Below, one piece after another: positions 9,042 through 19,400 of a stretch of DNA of 64,000 nucleotides (positions are counted from its first letter, which is position 1; each line of letters opens with the position of its first letter). The DNA comes from Candidatus Aenigmatarchaeota archaeon (lineage in GTDB: Archaea > Aenigmatarchaeota > Aenigmatarchaeia > CG10238-14 > SpSt-28). A program made the position numbers and the translations under genes. The stretch spans positions 318,832-382,831 of the forward strand of contig JAVYPJ010000001.1 of NCBI GenBank assembly GCA_038733315.1, written 5' to 3'. Below the pieces are notes generated by a model. That model was not told where the DNA came from. It made no database searches and was given only the letters and a program-made list of their open reading frames with translations.

Positions 9042-10253
9042 ATGTTTATGCTTGAAAACGTTTTTTTCGTATTAGTAGATGGCTTAAGTGATTTACTAAG
9101 GGAAAAAACTCCACTAAGAGAAGCAATCAAACCAAACATATCTTCAATTCTTTCAAAATCTATAGTAGCAAAATTTTGGCCATTAACTAAAAACAATTGG
9201 CCAAAAAGTGGGTATGCAAGTGTAAGTCAATATGCAAATTTTAGCATTTTAGGTTATAATGTCAAAAATCTTTATGCTAAAAGAGGAGTTATAGAAGCTT
9301 TGGGAAGTGATTTAGATTATAAAAATGGTTGGTTAGCAATAAGGGTAGATTTTGGCTGTGTAGATAATAGATTAGTGGTAATAGATAGAAGGGTAGGAAG
9401 AAATGTATATGGCTTAGATAAGTTAATAGAGGATTTTAACAAAATAGATTTTGATGTTCCTTTCGTTTTAAAAAGGACTTATGGACATAGAGGAGTTTTG
9501 ATTTTAAAAGAAAAGCTTAGCGATGAAATAACAGATAGCGATCCTTTGGAAAATAATAAGAAAATTAATTTTATATTACCAACTTCCAAAAAAAATTCAG
9601 CTAAAAAATCTGCTGAAATTGTTCAAAAACTTTTAGAGAAATTTTATTTTTTTGCTAAAAAACACGAAATAAATAGGAAAAGAAAAGAAATGGGACTATT
9701 AGAAGCAAACTATTTGCTTACTAGAGAGCCCGGAAACAAATTGCCAAAAGTTCAAAATTTTTTTAAGAAATGGAAATTTAAAAATGGTGTTGTAATAAGT
9801 GAAAATGGTGTAATAAAGGGTAGCTGTAAAGTTTCTGGATTTGATTGCATTACTGTAGAAGAAATGGAATTTGAAAATCAAATAAGTTTTATATTTGAAA
9901 AAGCATTAGAAGCTAAAAGAAAGTATCAAATTGTTTATATGCATATTAAGGGGGCTGACGAAGCTGCACACGATAAAGATTTTAAAAAGAAAAAAAGTAT
10001 TATAGAAGCTATAGATGAGAAAATAGGATATTTGCTAAATAATGTAGATTTCGAAAAGTCGGCTTTAATACTTACTGGAGATCATATAACAGATTGCATT
10101 ACAGGAAAGCATGAATTTGGGTTTGTACCTCTTTTAATATATAATGAAAAAATTAAAGATGGTAAAGCAAAGAATTTTAGCGAAATAGATGCTAAAAAAT
10201 CTAAGAAAGAGTTTTATCCTAAGGATATGTGGAATTTTGTTAAAAAATTATGA
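9042..10253 (+). CDS. apgM: 2,3-bisphosphoglycerate-independent phosphoglycerate mutase, archaeal type
   Basis: Alkaline-phosphatase-superfamily layout. ILTGDHITDCITGKHEFGFVP motif. About 400 aa. Directly upstream of enolase. Confidence 0.75.
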   Translation: MFMLENVFFVLVDGLSDLLREKTPLREAIKPNISSILSKSIVAKFWPLTKNNWPKSGYASVSQYANFSILGYNVKNLYAKRGVIEALGSDLDYKNGWLAIRVDFGCVDNRLVVIDRRVGRNVYGLDKLIEDFNKIDFDVPFVLKRTYGHRGVLILKEKLSDEITDSDPLENNKKINFILPTSKKNSAKKSAEIVQKLLEKFYFFAKKHEINRKRKEMGLLEANYLLTREPGNKLPKVQNFFKKWKFKNGVVISENGVIKGSCKVSGFDCITVEEMEFENQISFIFEKALEAKRKYQIVYMHIKGADEAAHDKDFKKKKSIIEAIDEKIGYLLNNVDFEKSALILTGDHITDCITGKHEFGFVPLLIYNEKIKDGKAKNFSEIDAKKSKKEFYPKDMWNFVKKL

Positions 10254-11428
10254 TAGTAAGAGATATAAGAATTAGAGAAATATTTTCGCATAATTTAAAA
10301 GAAACGATAGAAATAGAGGTTGAGATTTCTAAGGGCAAAGTTAGAGCAAGCGTTCCAATAGGAACTAGTAGAGGTTTATATGAAATTAGTTATTTGCCTG
10401 TAAAAGATGTTATAAAAAACTTCTTAGAAATTAGAGATAAGTTTAGAATGAAAGAGTTCAAAAGTTTTGATGAGGTTGATAATACTTTATTAGAATTTGA
10501 TAATTCTGAAAAATTGAGTAAAATTGGTGGAAATTTGGCTATAGGAATTTCCTTAGCTATGTTAAAAGCATTTTCATTGCACGAAGATTTAGAAGTTTTT
10601 GAGTTTGTAAGTAGTTTTTTTGGAGAAAAGCCAAAAATACCAAAAGCGGTTTGTAATGTAATTGGTGGGGGTAAGCATTTTGGTGGTAGTGATATTCAAG
10701 AGTTTTTATTAATTGGGAAAACTTCATACTTTAGGAACGAGATTAAAAAAATAGTGAATGCATATTTCAAAATTGCCGAAATTTTAAAGAATGAGGACAA
10801 AACTTTTAATTTTGGTAGAAATATGGAATCTGCATGGATTACAAATTTAAACACATCTAAAATACTGGAAATATTGAAAAAGATTTCTATGGAGTACGAT
10901 TTGTATTTAGGCTTAGATATTGCAGCGTCTTCTATTTTTGATAGGGATAAAAGTGTTTATGTTTATGAAAAAGAAGGATTAGAATTGAATAGAGTAGAAA
11001 ATTTAAGCTATCTGTATGAGTTAATAAAAGACTACGAAATATTTTATATAGAAGATCCTTTTTATGAAGAGGATTTTGTTAGTTTTTCTACGCTTTTATC
11101 TCACTTTCCTCAAAAATTAATTGTAGGGGATGATTTAACTTCTACGAACTTAGAGAGGTTAAAAAAGGCTGTTGAATTAAAATCTATAAATGCAATAATA
11201 ATAAAACCTAATCAAATAGGTTTAGTTACTAGAGTTTCGCAAGTTGTTAAGTTTGCTAAGAAAAATGATATTAAGCTTGTGTTTTCTCATAGGAGTGGAG
11301 AAACTGAAGATCCAATAATATCTCAATTAGCAATAGGGTTTGGCGCTGAATATATAAAGGCTGGTATTGCTGGAGAAAGAACTGCAAAGATAAATGAAAT
11401 ATTAAGGGTTGAAGAAAAAATTATTTAG
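10250..11428 (+). CDS. eno: Enolase
   Basis: SHRSGETED catalytic motif and the IKPNQIG motif. 392 aa. Confidence 0.9.
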   Translation: MIVRDIRIREIFSHNLKETIEIEVEISKGKVRASVPIGTSRGLYEISYLPVKDVIKNFLEIRDKFRMKEFKSFDEVDNTLLEFDNSEKLSKIGGNLAIGISLAMLKAFSLHEDLEVFEFVSSFFGEKPKIPKAVCNVIGGGKHFGGSDIQEFLLIGKTSYFRNEIKKIVNAYFKIAEILKNEDKTFNFGRNMESAWITNLNTSKILEILKKISMEYDLYLGLDIAASSIFDRDKSVYVYEKEGLELNRVENLSYLYELIKDYEIFYIEDPFYEEDFVSFSTLLSHFPQKLIVGDDLTSTNLERLKKAVELKSINAIIIKPNQIGLVTRVSQVVKFAKKNDIKLVFSHRSGETEDPIISQLAIGFGAEYIKAGIAGERTAKINEILRVEEKII

Positions 11429-12696
11429 GGCAAAGAAAACAGATTGTTCTCATATGTTGGCATTATAGCATTAAAACCCATTTCATTTAATTCTTTCTCA
11501 AAATCTTCTATTTTTTCTCCGTGAACTAGAAAAATAACTTTTGGATTTGTTTTGTTTATAAAATCTAGTATTTCACTTCTATCGGCATGGGAAGAAAATT
11601 CAAATAGTTTGTATTTGCATTTTACTTTTTTATTTAAACCGTCCTTTGTTATTAGTCTTCCTGTTTCTATTAAAAGTTTTCCAACAGTTTTTTCGACTTG
11701 ATAGCATGTTAAAAATATAGCACAGTTTTCCCTATTATAAATCTTTCTAATATAGTAATTAGCTGGCCCACCTTCTAGCATTCCAGAGCCACAAATAATT
11801 ATCTTTGGTTCCTTTTTCATTATTATTTCTTTTCTTTTAGCCTTTCTCCTAACTTTTTTGGCTGTTTCTAAAACTTTTAGAAAATCTTTTCTATTATTTA
11901 AATAGTTTTCGAATTTCTGATAAATTTTGCATATCTCTATAACCATTCCATCGATATATATTTCAACATCTTTATGTAAATTATATTTTCCAAGTATTGC
12001 TAAAACCTCTTGAGCCCTACCTACTGCTAGCGATGGTAGTAGAACTATACCATCTTTATCTAAGGTCTCTCTTATTTCATTTATAAATTCTTTTTCTAAC
12101 ATATTTCTTTCTGGTAAATTCCTTTTCCAATATGTAGTTTCAATAATTAATATATCTGGATTTTTTTCTGGCTCACTGCAACCAAAAGTTAATGTTGTTG
12201 GTTTTGTTTTAAAATCTCCAGTGTACAGAATTCTTTTGTTATCAATGCTTAACTCTATCATTGCTGCACCTAATATGTGGCCAGCATCTATGAATTTAAA
12301 ATCGAAAGATCTCTTTTCAAAAGTTTTTTCATAAGTTACGTTTCTAAATTTAGAAATAGTTTTATTAACATCGTTTTCTGTGAAACTTATCGGAATTCCT
12401 TTTCTTTTCAAAACTTTTATGTTATCTCTTAGTATAACATTTGCAATTTCTTTCGAAGCTCTCAATGAAAAAATTTTTGATGCACTTTTTGAAAAATAAG
12501 TTAAATATCCGCTATGATCTAAATGAGAATGGGATAATAAAATATAATCAACATTATCCACTCTTAGAGGAGGTTGCGGAGGATTTTCGAAAACTTTTAA
12601 TCCATAATCTAAGACTATTCTTTCCTTTTCTGTTTCTACCATTACTCCGCTATTTCCTATTTCATTTAGTGCTCCTAAAAATTTTATTCTAATCAT
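11425..12696 (-). CDS. Beta-CASP metallo-beta-lactamase ribonuclease (aCPSF2-like)
   Basis: HSHLDHSG motif I, downstream beta-CASP motifs. About 420 aa, without KH domains. Confidence 0.7.
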   Translation of the reverse strand: MIRIKFLGALNEIGNSGVMVETEKERIVLDYGLKVFENPPQPPLRVDNVDYILLSHSHLDHSGYLTYFSKSASKIFSLRASKEIANVILRDNIKVLKRKGIPISFTENDVNKTISKFRNVTYEKTFEKRSFDFKFIDAGHILGAAMIELSIDNKRILYTGDFKTKPTTLTFGCSEPEKNPDILIIETTYWKRNLPERNMLEKEFINEIRETLDKDGIVLLPSLAVGRAQEVLAILGKYNLHKDVEIYIDGMVIEICKIYQKFENYLNNRKDFLKVLETAKKVRRKAKRKEIIMKKEPKIIICGSGMLEGGPANYYIRKIYNRENCAIFLTCYQVEKTVGKLLIETGRLITKDGLNKKVKCKYKLFEFSSHADRSEILDFINKTNPKVIFLVHGEKIEDFEKELNEMGFNAIMPTYENNLFSLP

Positions 12697-12753
12697 CTTA
12701 GGCTAATAAATTAATAGGATTCTTAATTATTAAATTTTGAATAATAATTATTT

Positions 12754-13338
12754 ATGAGATATTATATCCTTGCGCTAATAATAACATGTATATTAATAGC
12801 GTCTTTAGTCTCTTTTTCACACTCCTTTAAACCTCTTTCCTTTTCAATATCGTTACCAAAAAATATAAACGTTAAAATGAATGAAGAAATATTTTTAAAT
12901 TTAATAATCACAAATACCGGTGGGTTTGAAGACGTTTATTATATTAATTTAACTGTTGGAACTAACGATATAAGAGTTTCGATAAAAAATCAATCAATTG
13001 AGTTATCACCCTCTGAAACAAGGCAAATTCCTATAAGCATAATTATATATTCTTCTCTTGGTGAAGATAAAAATGTTAGTATAAAAGTTTGCAGCGCAAA
13101 GCTTTTAAGTTTTGAGAATAATAACGAAAAAATACAGGAATGTTCGGCCGAGAAATGTGAATTAGAGGAAAATAAAAATTGTATAAGATCTGTAATTAGT
13201 TTTAAAGTAGCAACGCTTACCTTAGGATATTTTATCTTAGAGCTTATAATACTTCCTCTATTTTTGATAGTATTTGCGACTTTGTTAGGTTTTGCTGAAT
13301 ATAGGCGCCAGAAGCTTTTTGATGCCCGCCGCCATTAA
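12754..13338 (+). CDS. Secreted protein with C-terminal TM anchor
   Basis: Signal-like N-terminus, C-terminal TM followed by a basic RRQKLFDARRH tail. Its 3' end overlaps the convergent DHH gene. Confidence 0.35.
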   Translation: MRYYILALIITCILIASLVSFSHSFKPLSFSISLPKNINVKMNEEIFLNLIITNTGGFEDVYYINLTVGTNDIRVSIKNQSIELSPSETRQIPISIIIYSSLGEDKNVSIKVCSAKLLSFENNNEKIQECSAEKCELEENKNCIRSVISFKVATLTLGYFILELIILPLFLIVFATLLGFAEYRRQKLFDARRH

Positions 13339-14158
13339 AAATCTTTGCTATTTTCTGAACATCAACATCTTTAAAACTTCTGAATTCAATCTTAACTCCT
13401 CTTAAACCCCTATAAATTATTATTAGGAAATCTGAATTGTTTTTTAGCATTTCGTTCTCAACCACAATATAAGGTGGAATATTAGTTTTGGTTTCTAAAA
13501 TACCTACTCTTAAATTCTTTATTTCCACAATTTCTAACTTTTCTTGAATAATTTTCTCAAATTCTTTTTTTAAATTTTCGAATTGAAATATAGAATTTTT
13601 AACCTCTTCAGTATTAACAAAGTCCTTAGGATTAAAATTTAGTATTTTCTTAGCTAGCATTCCAAGATATCTATTATACAATTTTCTGTATTTAATTCTT
13701 AGGAAGGATAAATAATCTCTAATATCTCTAGATTCTTTGCTAGTGCAGCTATTTGAATCGACTTCATTAGTAATTTCAACCCAATCACTATAGAAATTAA
13801 AATATTTTGAAACAAGTTCAGTAGTGCTTTTGGAGTTATGATCTATTATAGCCTCTAAATTTTGAAAACTTAAAAATTTTTCGTTGATGTGATGATCTAT
13901 CCAAAGAACTTTATTAAATAGAGCGCAAGAAGTTTTCAGTATTTCATTTCTCATTGATAAATCAAAAAAACAAATTTTATTATAATTAGAGATTCTAGAA
14001 ACTACTTTGAAAAAACAGGATTTAAAAGAAAGGTTTGAAGTAAAGTATATCTTAGAGTTTTCTAAAAACTTTATTGCTATAGCGGAGCTTATTAAACCGT
14101 CTAAATCATTATGTGTAATTATTATATTTTCCGCATCCATTAAATTATTAAGTAGCAA
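13244..14158 (-). CDS. DHH/DHHA1-family phosphoesterase (NrnA-like)
   Basis: ITHNDLDGLISSAIA (DHH motif) and the GGGHQKASGA (DHHA1) motif. Confidence 0.7.
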   Translation of the reverse strand: MLLNNLMDAENIIITHNDLDGLISSAIAIKFLENSKIYFTSNLSFKSCFFKVVSRISNYNKICFFDLSMRNEILKTSCALFNKVLWIDHHINEKFLSFQNLEAIIDHNSKSTTELVSKYFNFYSDWVEITNEVDSNSCTSKESRDIRDYLSFLRIKYRKLYNRYLGMLAKKILNFNPKDFVNTEEVKNSIFQFENLKKEFEKIIQEKLEIVEIKNLRVGILETKTNIPPYIVVENEMLKNNSDFLIIIYRGLRGVKIEFRSFKDVDVQKIAKIFNGGGHQKASGAYIQQNLTKSQILSKIEEVL

Positions 14159-14939
14159 TTATTAAAATTTCTATGAAAGCACCAAAGAGTAATAATATAG
14201 TGCTAAAAATATAAAGTCTTATAGCATCTATTAATATGTATTTAGAGTTGTATTTCTTTTTCATAAAATAGGAAGATAATATTATTCCAGAGACACTTCC
14301 TAAAAAATATGCAACAAACTCGAAAATACCGTGTGGCATAAATGTCATTAAGCCAATAAGTATTCCGAGTGCTCCATGAGAATGAATAAAACTTCCTATA
14401 GCTGCTGCTAGTATAGTTATATTCCAAACTAGTATTATTAATATTCCACCATATATAAAAGATAAGATAAATGCTAAGGTCAATACAGAAAAATTATTTA
14501 GAAAGATTTTAAAAAAAGTATCTCCTACTATAAAATTACCTCTAATCCTTTCTATTGTTTCTATTTGTTGTTTAAATATTTCATTAACAACTTCCTTAGG
14601 CAGAAACAAAAATAAAGAGGTTAACCCAAATAAAGTTCCGAAAAATACTATAGTAAAGACTTTAAAGGTTTCATAATGCCTGTCAAAAAAACTATCTTTG
14701 AATCTATATATAGATTTTTTCATATTTGCTAAGATTGCTTTTCTTAGTACTGGCCATACAGCAACTGAAATGAAAAAAACAACGAATATACCTACAAATT
14801 CTTTGAAAACTAAGTATGAAATATAAACACTAACAATTGAGATAATTGCAGAATATATGAAAGATATGAAAGGTTTTTCTTTTAAAGATTTTTCATTAAT
14901 TAATGATTCCAGTACCATAATAATTATGAAGATTAGCAA
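14148..14939 (-). CDS. Polytopic membrane protein (DUF95/SpoIIM-like)
   Basis: About six predicted TM helices. No enzymatic motif. Confidence 0.4.
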   Translation of the reverse strand: MLIFIIIMVLESLINEKSLKEKPFISFIYSAIISIVSVYISYLVFKEFVGIFVVFFISVAVWPVLRKAILANMKKSIYRFKDSFFDRHYETFKVFTIVFFGTLFGLTSLFLFLPKEVVNEIFKQQIETIERIRGNFIVGDTFFKIFLNNFSVLTLAFILSFIYGGILIILVWNITILAAAIGSFIHSHGALGILIGLMTFMPHGIFEFVAYFLGSVSGIILSSYFMKKKYNSKYILIDAIRLYIFSTILLLFGAFIEILIIAT

Positions 14940-15360
14940 AAAAATGTTAATATTGATAGGAATAATATTTGCTGAAGGAATTTTTATACTTTCGATTTTT
15001 AGTCATTACTCTATATATTCTTATAATACAGCTACAAATGAATTAAAAAGTAATATAAACTTTTTTGAACCTTCAAGAAGTTTAAAGTATCAGATGCTTT
15101 ATGAAGGAAAGACTATTGTAATAGTTTATAATTATTCTTCGATTTCTATAGAAGAATTAGAAGGTTTAGTAGATATATTTCAAAAAAATGTTTATTTCTT
15201 TTTGGTTAATTATACCGTACCACAGGCTTTTATTATTTCTGGAATTCGGGGTAGAATTTTTTATGAAAATACTATATTTAACTTAACTTATTTTAATTTG
15301 CTTAGAGAGCTTTGTAAAGCTTCTATAGATACTCCAAAGGAATGCATAGAGATAGAATAA
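14857..15360 (+). CDS. Hypothetical membrane protein
   Basis: ORF with one TM. Overlaps the neighbouring gene's 3' end, so the true start is probably the internal Met. Confidence 0.2.
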   Translation: MKDMKGFSFKDFSLINDSSTIIIMKISKKMLILIGIIFAEGIFILSIFSHYSIYSYNTATNELKSNINFFEPSRSLKYQMLYEGKTIVIVYNYSSISIEELEGLVDIFQKNVYFFLVNYTVPQAFIISGIRGRIFYENTIFNLTYFNLLRELCKASIDTPKECIEIE

Positions 15361-15935
15361 TTTTTTGTGGGATTGATTTGGCGGGTAGCGAAAAAAGAAT
15401 AAGCGGAATAGCTTTTATGAATTTAAATTTAGAGGTTTTCTGTTATTCGGTTCATACAAACAATGAAATATTAGATTTAGTTGAAAAAAATAATCCTAAA
15501 TTTATATTTATAGATGCTCCTTTATCGCTTCCTAAGGATAGGAAAAGCTTAGAGAAAGTTTCTAATATACATTTTAGGAAGTGTGATTTAGAGCTTAAAA
15601 AACTTAAAATAAAAATTTTTCCAATAACTTTGGGTCCGATGAGAATGCTAACTATGAGGGGAATTTTGTTAAAAAAACTTTTATCTAAAAAAGGTAGAAT
15701 AGTTAAGGAAACGTTTCCTGGCGCGTTTTATGATTTAAAAAACCTAAAAAGAAAGAATTTAGAAGAAATATATAATTTTTTTCAAAGTGTTGGATTGCGC
15801 TTTCTTACAAAAATTAGAAATATTCATGAAATGGATGCTATAACTTGTGTTTTTATTGCATATTTATATTATAATGGTAGGGCTAAAGAGATCGGAGAAA
15901 AAAAGGAAGGTACGATTGTTATACCTGCAGATTAA
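15342..15935 (+). CDS. RNase H-fold protein (DUF429/DUF460-like predicted nuclease)
   Basis: GIDLAGSEKRISGIA resembles the RuvC/YqgF-type N-terminal motif. Confidence 0.4.
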   Translation: MHRDRIIFCGIDLAGSEKRISGIAFMNLNLEVFCYSVHTNNEILDLVEKNNPKFIFIDAPLSLPKDRKSLEKVSNIHFRKCDLELKKLKIKIFPITLGPMRMLTMRGILLKKLLSKKGRIVKETFPGAFYDLKNLKRKNLEEIYNFFQSVGLRFLTKIRNIHEMDAITCVFIAYLYYNGRAKEIGEKKEGTIVIPAD

Positions 15936-16149
15936 TTTTTTGAATTTTATAAAATTTTATTTACTTTTTCAATTTTTTTACTTTATAAACGATATTCTTT
16001 ATTTTAGAGACATTTCTGTTGCTTTCATCTCTCTACTTCAGAATTTAATAAACCCACTCTCCATATTGATAAGAATATTAAACGGTATAAAAAATTATAA
16101 TATTTTAGAGGTCAACACATTTTTAATAATTTTTCTAATCTCTTTTATT

Positions 16150-16845
16150 CTATCTTTCGTTAAGAGAAGAAAGAATAAGAGAAATATTAGAAAAACCTCT
16201 TAGTATATGCTTTCCGTTTATTACTATTGTAGGAACTGAGTATATTTCATACATTTCATTAATTATCTCTATCTCACTTAAGTTTAGCTCTTTATCGATT
16301 ATGAAAAAGTAATAATCTAAGTTATATTCTTTAACTTTATCTAACTCTTCTCCCTGCTTTATACAAATGTCTCCACAAGAAGCAGAATAAACATATAGAA
16401 TTGTTGAAATGTTTTTATTGCAATCCTCTATGTATTTTAAAGTAAGAAAATATGAAGTCGATAATAATTTCATGTATTCTCTTTTTAATCTTAAATATTC
16501 CGAAGAAGATCTATATTTTGAATCGTATTCTTCTAATCTATATGGTAATTGTTTTGCAAGCACTTCGAAGCTGTAATATCTTACCTTATTATTTATTCTT
16601 TCTAATAACTTGCACTTTGCATCTCTATTTAAAAAATCCAATAGCAAAATTTCTTTATTTGTGTTTATTTCTTCGTTAAGATTTTTGGCTTCTAAGTATA
16701 GATTCTCGATTTTTTTAAATAATTCGTTTGCATAAAAATACTCAAAAATTTTTAAACCAAAGTAAATTCCTATAAAATAAAAACCTAATGTTAAGAATAT
16801 AGATAATACTAATACATTTTTTATTCTTTTTTTAGCTATCTGCAT
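16150..16845 (-). CDS. Membrane-anchored thioredoxin-fold protein
   Basis: N-terminal TM. C-terminal SASCGDIC plus a cis-Pro-type VPTIVING motif. Confidence 0.4.
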   Translation of the reverse strand: MQIAKKRIKNVLVLSIFLTLGFYFIGIYFGLKIFEYFYANELFKKIENLYLEAKNLNEEINTNKEILLLDFLNRDAKCKLLERINNKVRYYSFEVLAKQLPYRLEEYDSKYRSSSEYLRLKREYMKLLSTSYFLTLKYIEDCNKNISTILYVYSASCGDICIKQGEELDKVKEYNLDYYFFIIDKELNLSEIEIINEMYEIYSVPTIVINGKHILRGFSNISLILSSLNER

Positions 16846-18311
16846 ATTAATATATAGATACTAGGTTTTTTAATTTCTTCTAATATTTCTTTGCAATAAT
16901 CTTTTGCATCTTTAATGTTGATAAAAATCTTTATAAACTTTTCAGTTTCGTTATACTCTATAACTTTGTAATTGTATATTATAGGTATTTCTTCTATTTT
17001 TGCGTTAAAATTCCAATATCTTAATACTATTTTTTCATTATATTTTTTATACCAATCTGTTTTAAGGGTATCGTAAAGAGTTATATTTTTTTGATTAATA
17101 AATTTATAATAATACCAGAAGAATTGGCTATCATGAAATGGAGTAAACATTATTTCTTCGTTTTCTGGAATTTTTTCTACAAGTTCTTGAAGCGGAAAAT
17201 ATATGAAATTTTCATCGTATAGCATAGAAAGTCTAATCACAGAGGAATCAAAAAAGATTAACGGCAAAAATAAAATTAAAAAAGCTAAATTCCTTTTAGA
17301 TAAAATTATAAGATTTAGAATTGTTAATGGAAGAGAAAGATAAATGAATTGTCGTGGTAAAACTAAATATCTTGAAGTTAGGATTGAAAATGCTATGTTA
17401 AAAAACAAAATTGTAAAAAAAATTAAAGAATACAAAATTACATACTCATCTCTAAATCTTCTACTAACTAATAGAAATATTGGTAGAATAAACAAAAATT
17501 GCGATATGAGCTTAGAAAAATTTGATAAGTCAGATTGGATTATCATTTTTTCCCAGCTTTGTTCTTTGAAGAGCTCTATAGGAAAATTTAAAAGAAAATC
17601 TTTATAAATTTCTTTAAAATATTCATAAAAAGAAGTACTTCCTTTCCAACTTATGTAGGAGCTAAAAACTATTATTAGAGATGCTAAATAGATAATTAAA
17701 GTTATTAATGGATATTTCAAGTTTTTTACTGTTAAGTCTAGGGCCTTTCTGAATTGCACTCTTTTAACTATAAAGATGAAAAGCATTTTTGCAAACAGTA
17801 GTAAAATGTTAAAATAAAAAACTAATAGTGCTATGCAATCTATCAATACACTCTTTTTAAAATAGTATAATCTATTAAATTTTATATATTTTACAAAATA
17901 AAGGGTAGAGATTGCTGAGAGGAATAGCGAGAGAGAATATGGCCTTACTATTGCTAAGGAATATATTATTGGTGTGAAGGATAATGATAATAATATAATA
18001 ATTTCAAAAATTTTTTTTTGTGTTTTTATAATATTTAGTGTTTTTACACAAAGAACTACTGAGAACGAAACTAATGTAGCAAGAATTAATCTTAAGAATT
18101 CTATTTTAATAGAAAAGACAGTTAATGGGAATATGAAAAAATAAAATATTGGTGTTTGAGTATCCCATACTATACATTCTGTGAAAAAGTAAAGGGAGCA
18201 AATTAGGCTTGCTGTTTCATCTATGTGTGGATCTCTTGAAAAAGAAAAGATTGAGATAATAATGAAAGATATTATCCAGTACAATATATATCTTTTTTCA
18301 ATTTCTATCAT
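16836..18311 (-). CDS. GT-C family membrane glycosyltransferase (ArnT/PMT-like)
   Basis: About 490 aa with 10 or more TM helices and an N-terminal acidic loop motif (RDPHIDE). Part of a glycosylation cluster. Confidence 0.5.
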   Translation of the reverse strand: MIEIEKRYILYWIISFIIISIFSFSRDPHIDETASLICSLYFFTECIVWDTQTPIFYFFIFPLTVFSIKIEFLRLILATLVSFSVVLCVKTLNIIKTQKKIFEIIILLSLSFTPIIYSLAIVRPYSLSLFLSAISTLYFVKYIKFNRLYYFKKSVLIDCIALLVFYFNILLLFAKMLFIFIVKRVQFRKALDLTVKNLKYPLITLIIYLASLIIVFSSYISWKGSTSFYEYFKEIYKDFLLNFPIELFKEQSWEKMIIQSDLSNFSKLISQFLFILPIFLLVSRRFRDEYVILYSLIFFTILFFNIAFSILTSRYLVLPRQFIYLSLPLTILNLIILSKRNLAFLILFLPLIFFDSSVIRLSMLYDENFIYFPLQELVEKIPENEEIMFTPFHDSQFFWYYYKFINQKNITLYDTLKTDWYKKYNEKIVLRYWNFNAKIEEIPIIYNYKVIEYNETEKFIKIFINIKDAKDYCKEILEEIKKPSIYILICR

Positions 18312-19393
18312 TTATTTAAATAAACTTTTTTTAAACTTAATATGTAATTAAATATAACAGCCACGAAAATCCCTATAAGATTTGATATAAGATAATTTAT
18401 TGAAAAGAATTCTGTAAGTACAAACAATACTATAACATTTATTATTAGGCCGAAAATTCTTACAATGTTTGTTTTTAACATTCTAGATATGAAATTCCTA
18501 ATACCTCTTTTTCTTAAATCTCTAAAAACAAAGAATTCACAAAACAAAAAATTCCATATGATGCTAATCTCTATTGAAATAACAGAAGAAAATATATAAT
18601 AAAAATTTAGAAGTTCTGTAAAAAAATATAGTAAAAACTCATTTACAAAAATTCCGCTAGCTCCTACTAAGGAAAATTTTATAATCCTTTTATATTCTTT
18701 TGTTTCTCGAAGTAAAGTCAAAAACAATTTTAAAAAGTTATAAACCTCTTTAAATCCCATTTTAGATTTTCCCTCTTTTCTTTTTTCGAATTTGAATGGA
18801 ACTTCAACAAATTTTAGTTTTTGTTTAGCTAGTAATTCAAACAAAAACTTAAAGCCAATACATTTCATTTCCTTTAAATTCACTTTTTCTTTATTCAATA
18901 AGAAAAAACCAGATAGTGGGTCTGAAACTTTATTTAAATTTGGAAAGAATGAAGAAATTAAAAATATTGCGATTTTCGAAAAAAGTATTCTAATTTTTTT
19001 TGTTTTTTTAACACTTTTATCTAAGAATCTACTAGCTATAGATATATCGGCAGAATTTTCAATTAGTTTCTCGTATAATTTAGGAATGAATTTAGGTGGA
19101 TGTTGAAAATCAGCATCCATTACACAAACATATTTATATTTAGATTTCTCTATCCCAAATTTAATTGCACTCGCCAATCCTCTTTCTTTTTTTCTTACAA
19201 AAACTTTAATTCTTTCATCTTTGAATTTTTTTACCTCTTCATAAGTTTTATCTGGACTATTATCGTCTACAACTATTATTTCAAAATCTTCAAAATTTTT
19301 TTCACATATTTTAACTATTTCCGGAATAATTTTTTTAATGTTTTCCCTTTCGTTATATGTCGGAATTACAATTGAAATTTTTTTATAATTCAT
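18308..19393 (-). CDS. Dolichyl-phosphate mannose/glucose synthase-like GT2 with C-terminal GtrA-like TM domain
   Basis: ISIVIPTYNEREN, VVDDNSPD and DADFQHPP GT2 motifs. About four C-terminal TM helices. Confidence 0.75.
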   Translation of the reverse strand: MNYKKISIVIPTYNERENIKKIIPEIVKICEKNFEDFEIIVVDDNSPDKTYEEVKKFKDERIKVFVRKKERGLASAIKFGIEKSKYKYVCVMDADFQHPPKFIPKLYEKLIENSADISIASRFLDKSVKKTKKIRILFSKIAIFLISSFFPNLNKVSDPLSGFFLLNKEKVNLKEMKCIGFKFLFELLAKQKLKFVEVPFKFEKRKEGKSKMGFKEVYNFLKLFLTLLRETKEYKRIIKFSLVGASGIFVNEFLLYFFTELLNFYYIFSSVISIEISIIWNFLFCEFFVFRDLRKRGIRNFISRMLKTNIVRIFGLIINVIVLFVLTEFFSINYLISNLIGIFVAVIFNYILSLKKVYLNK

Positions 19394-19400
19394 AATATAT

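Noticed and set aside
15847-16203. 118-aa ORF overlapping the end of the RNase H-fold gene
   Set aside because: Low-complexity Phe/Leu/Ile-rich AT-rich frame spanning an intergenic region between convergent genes, with no supporting features.
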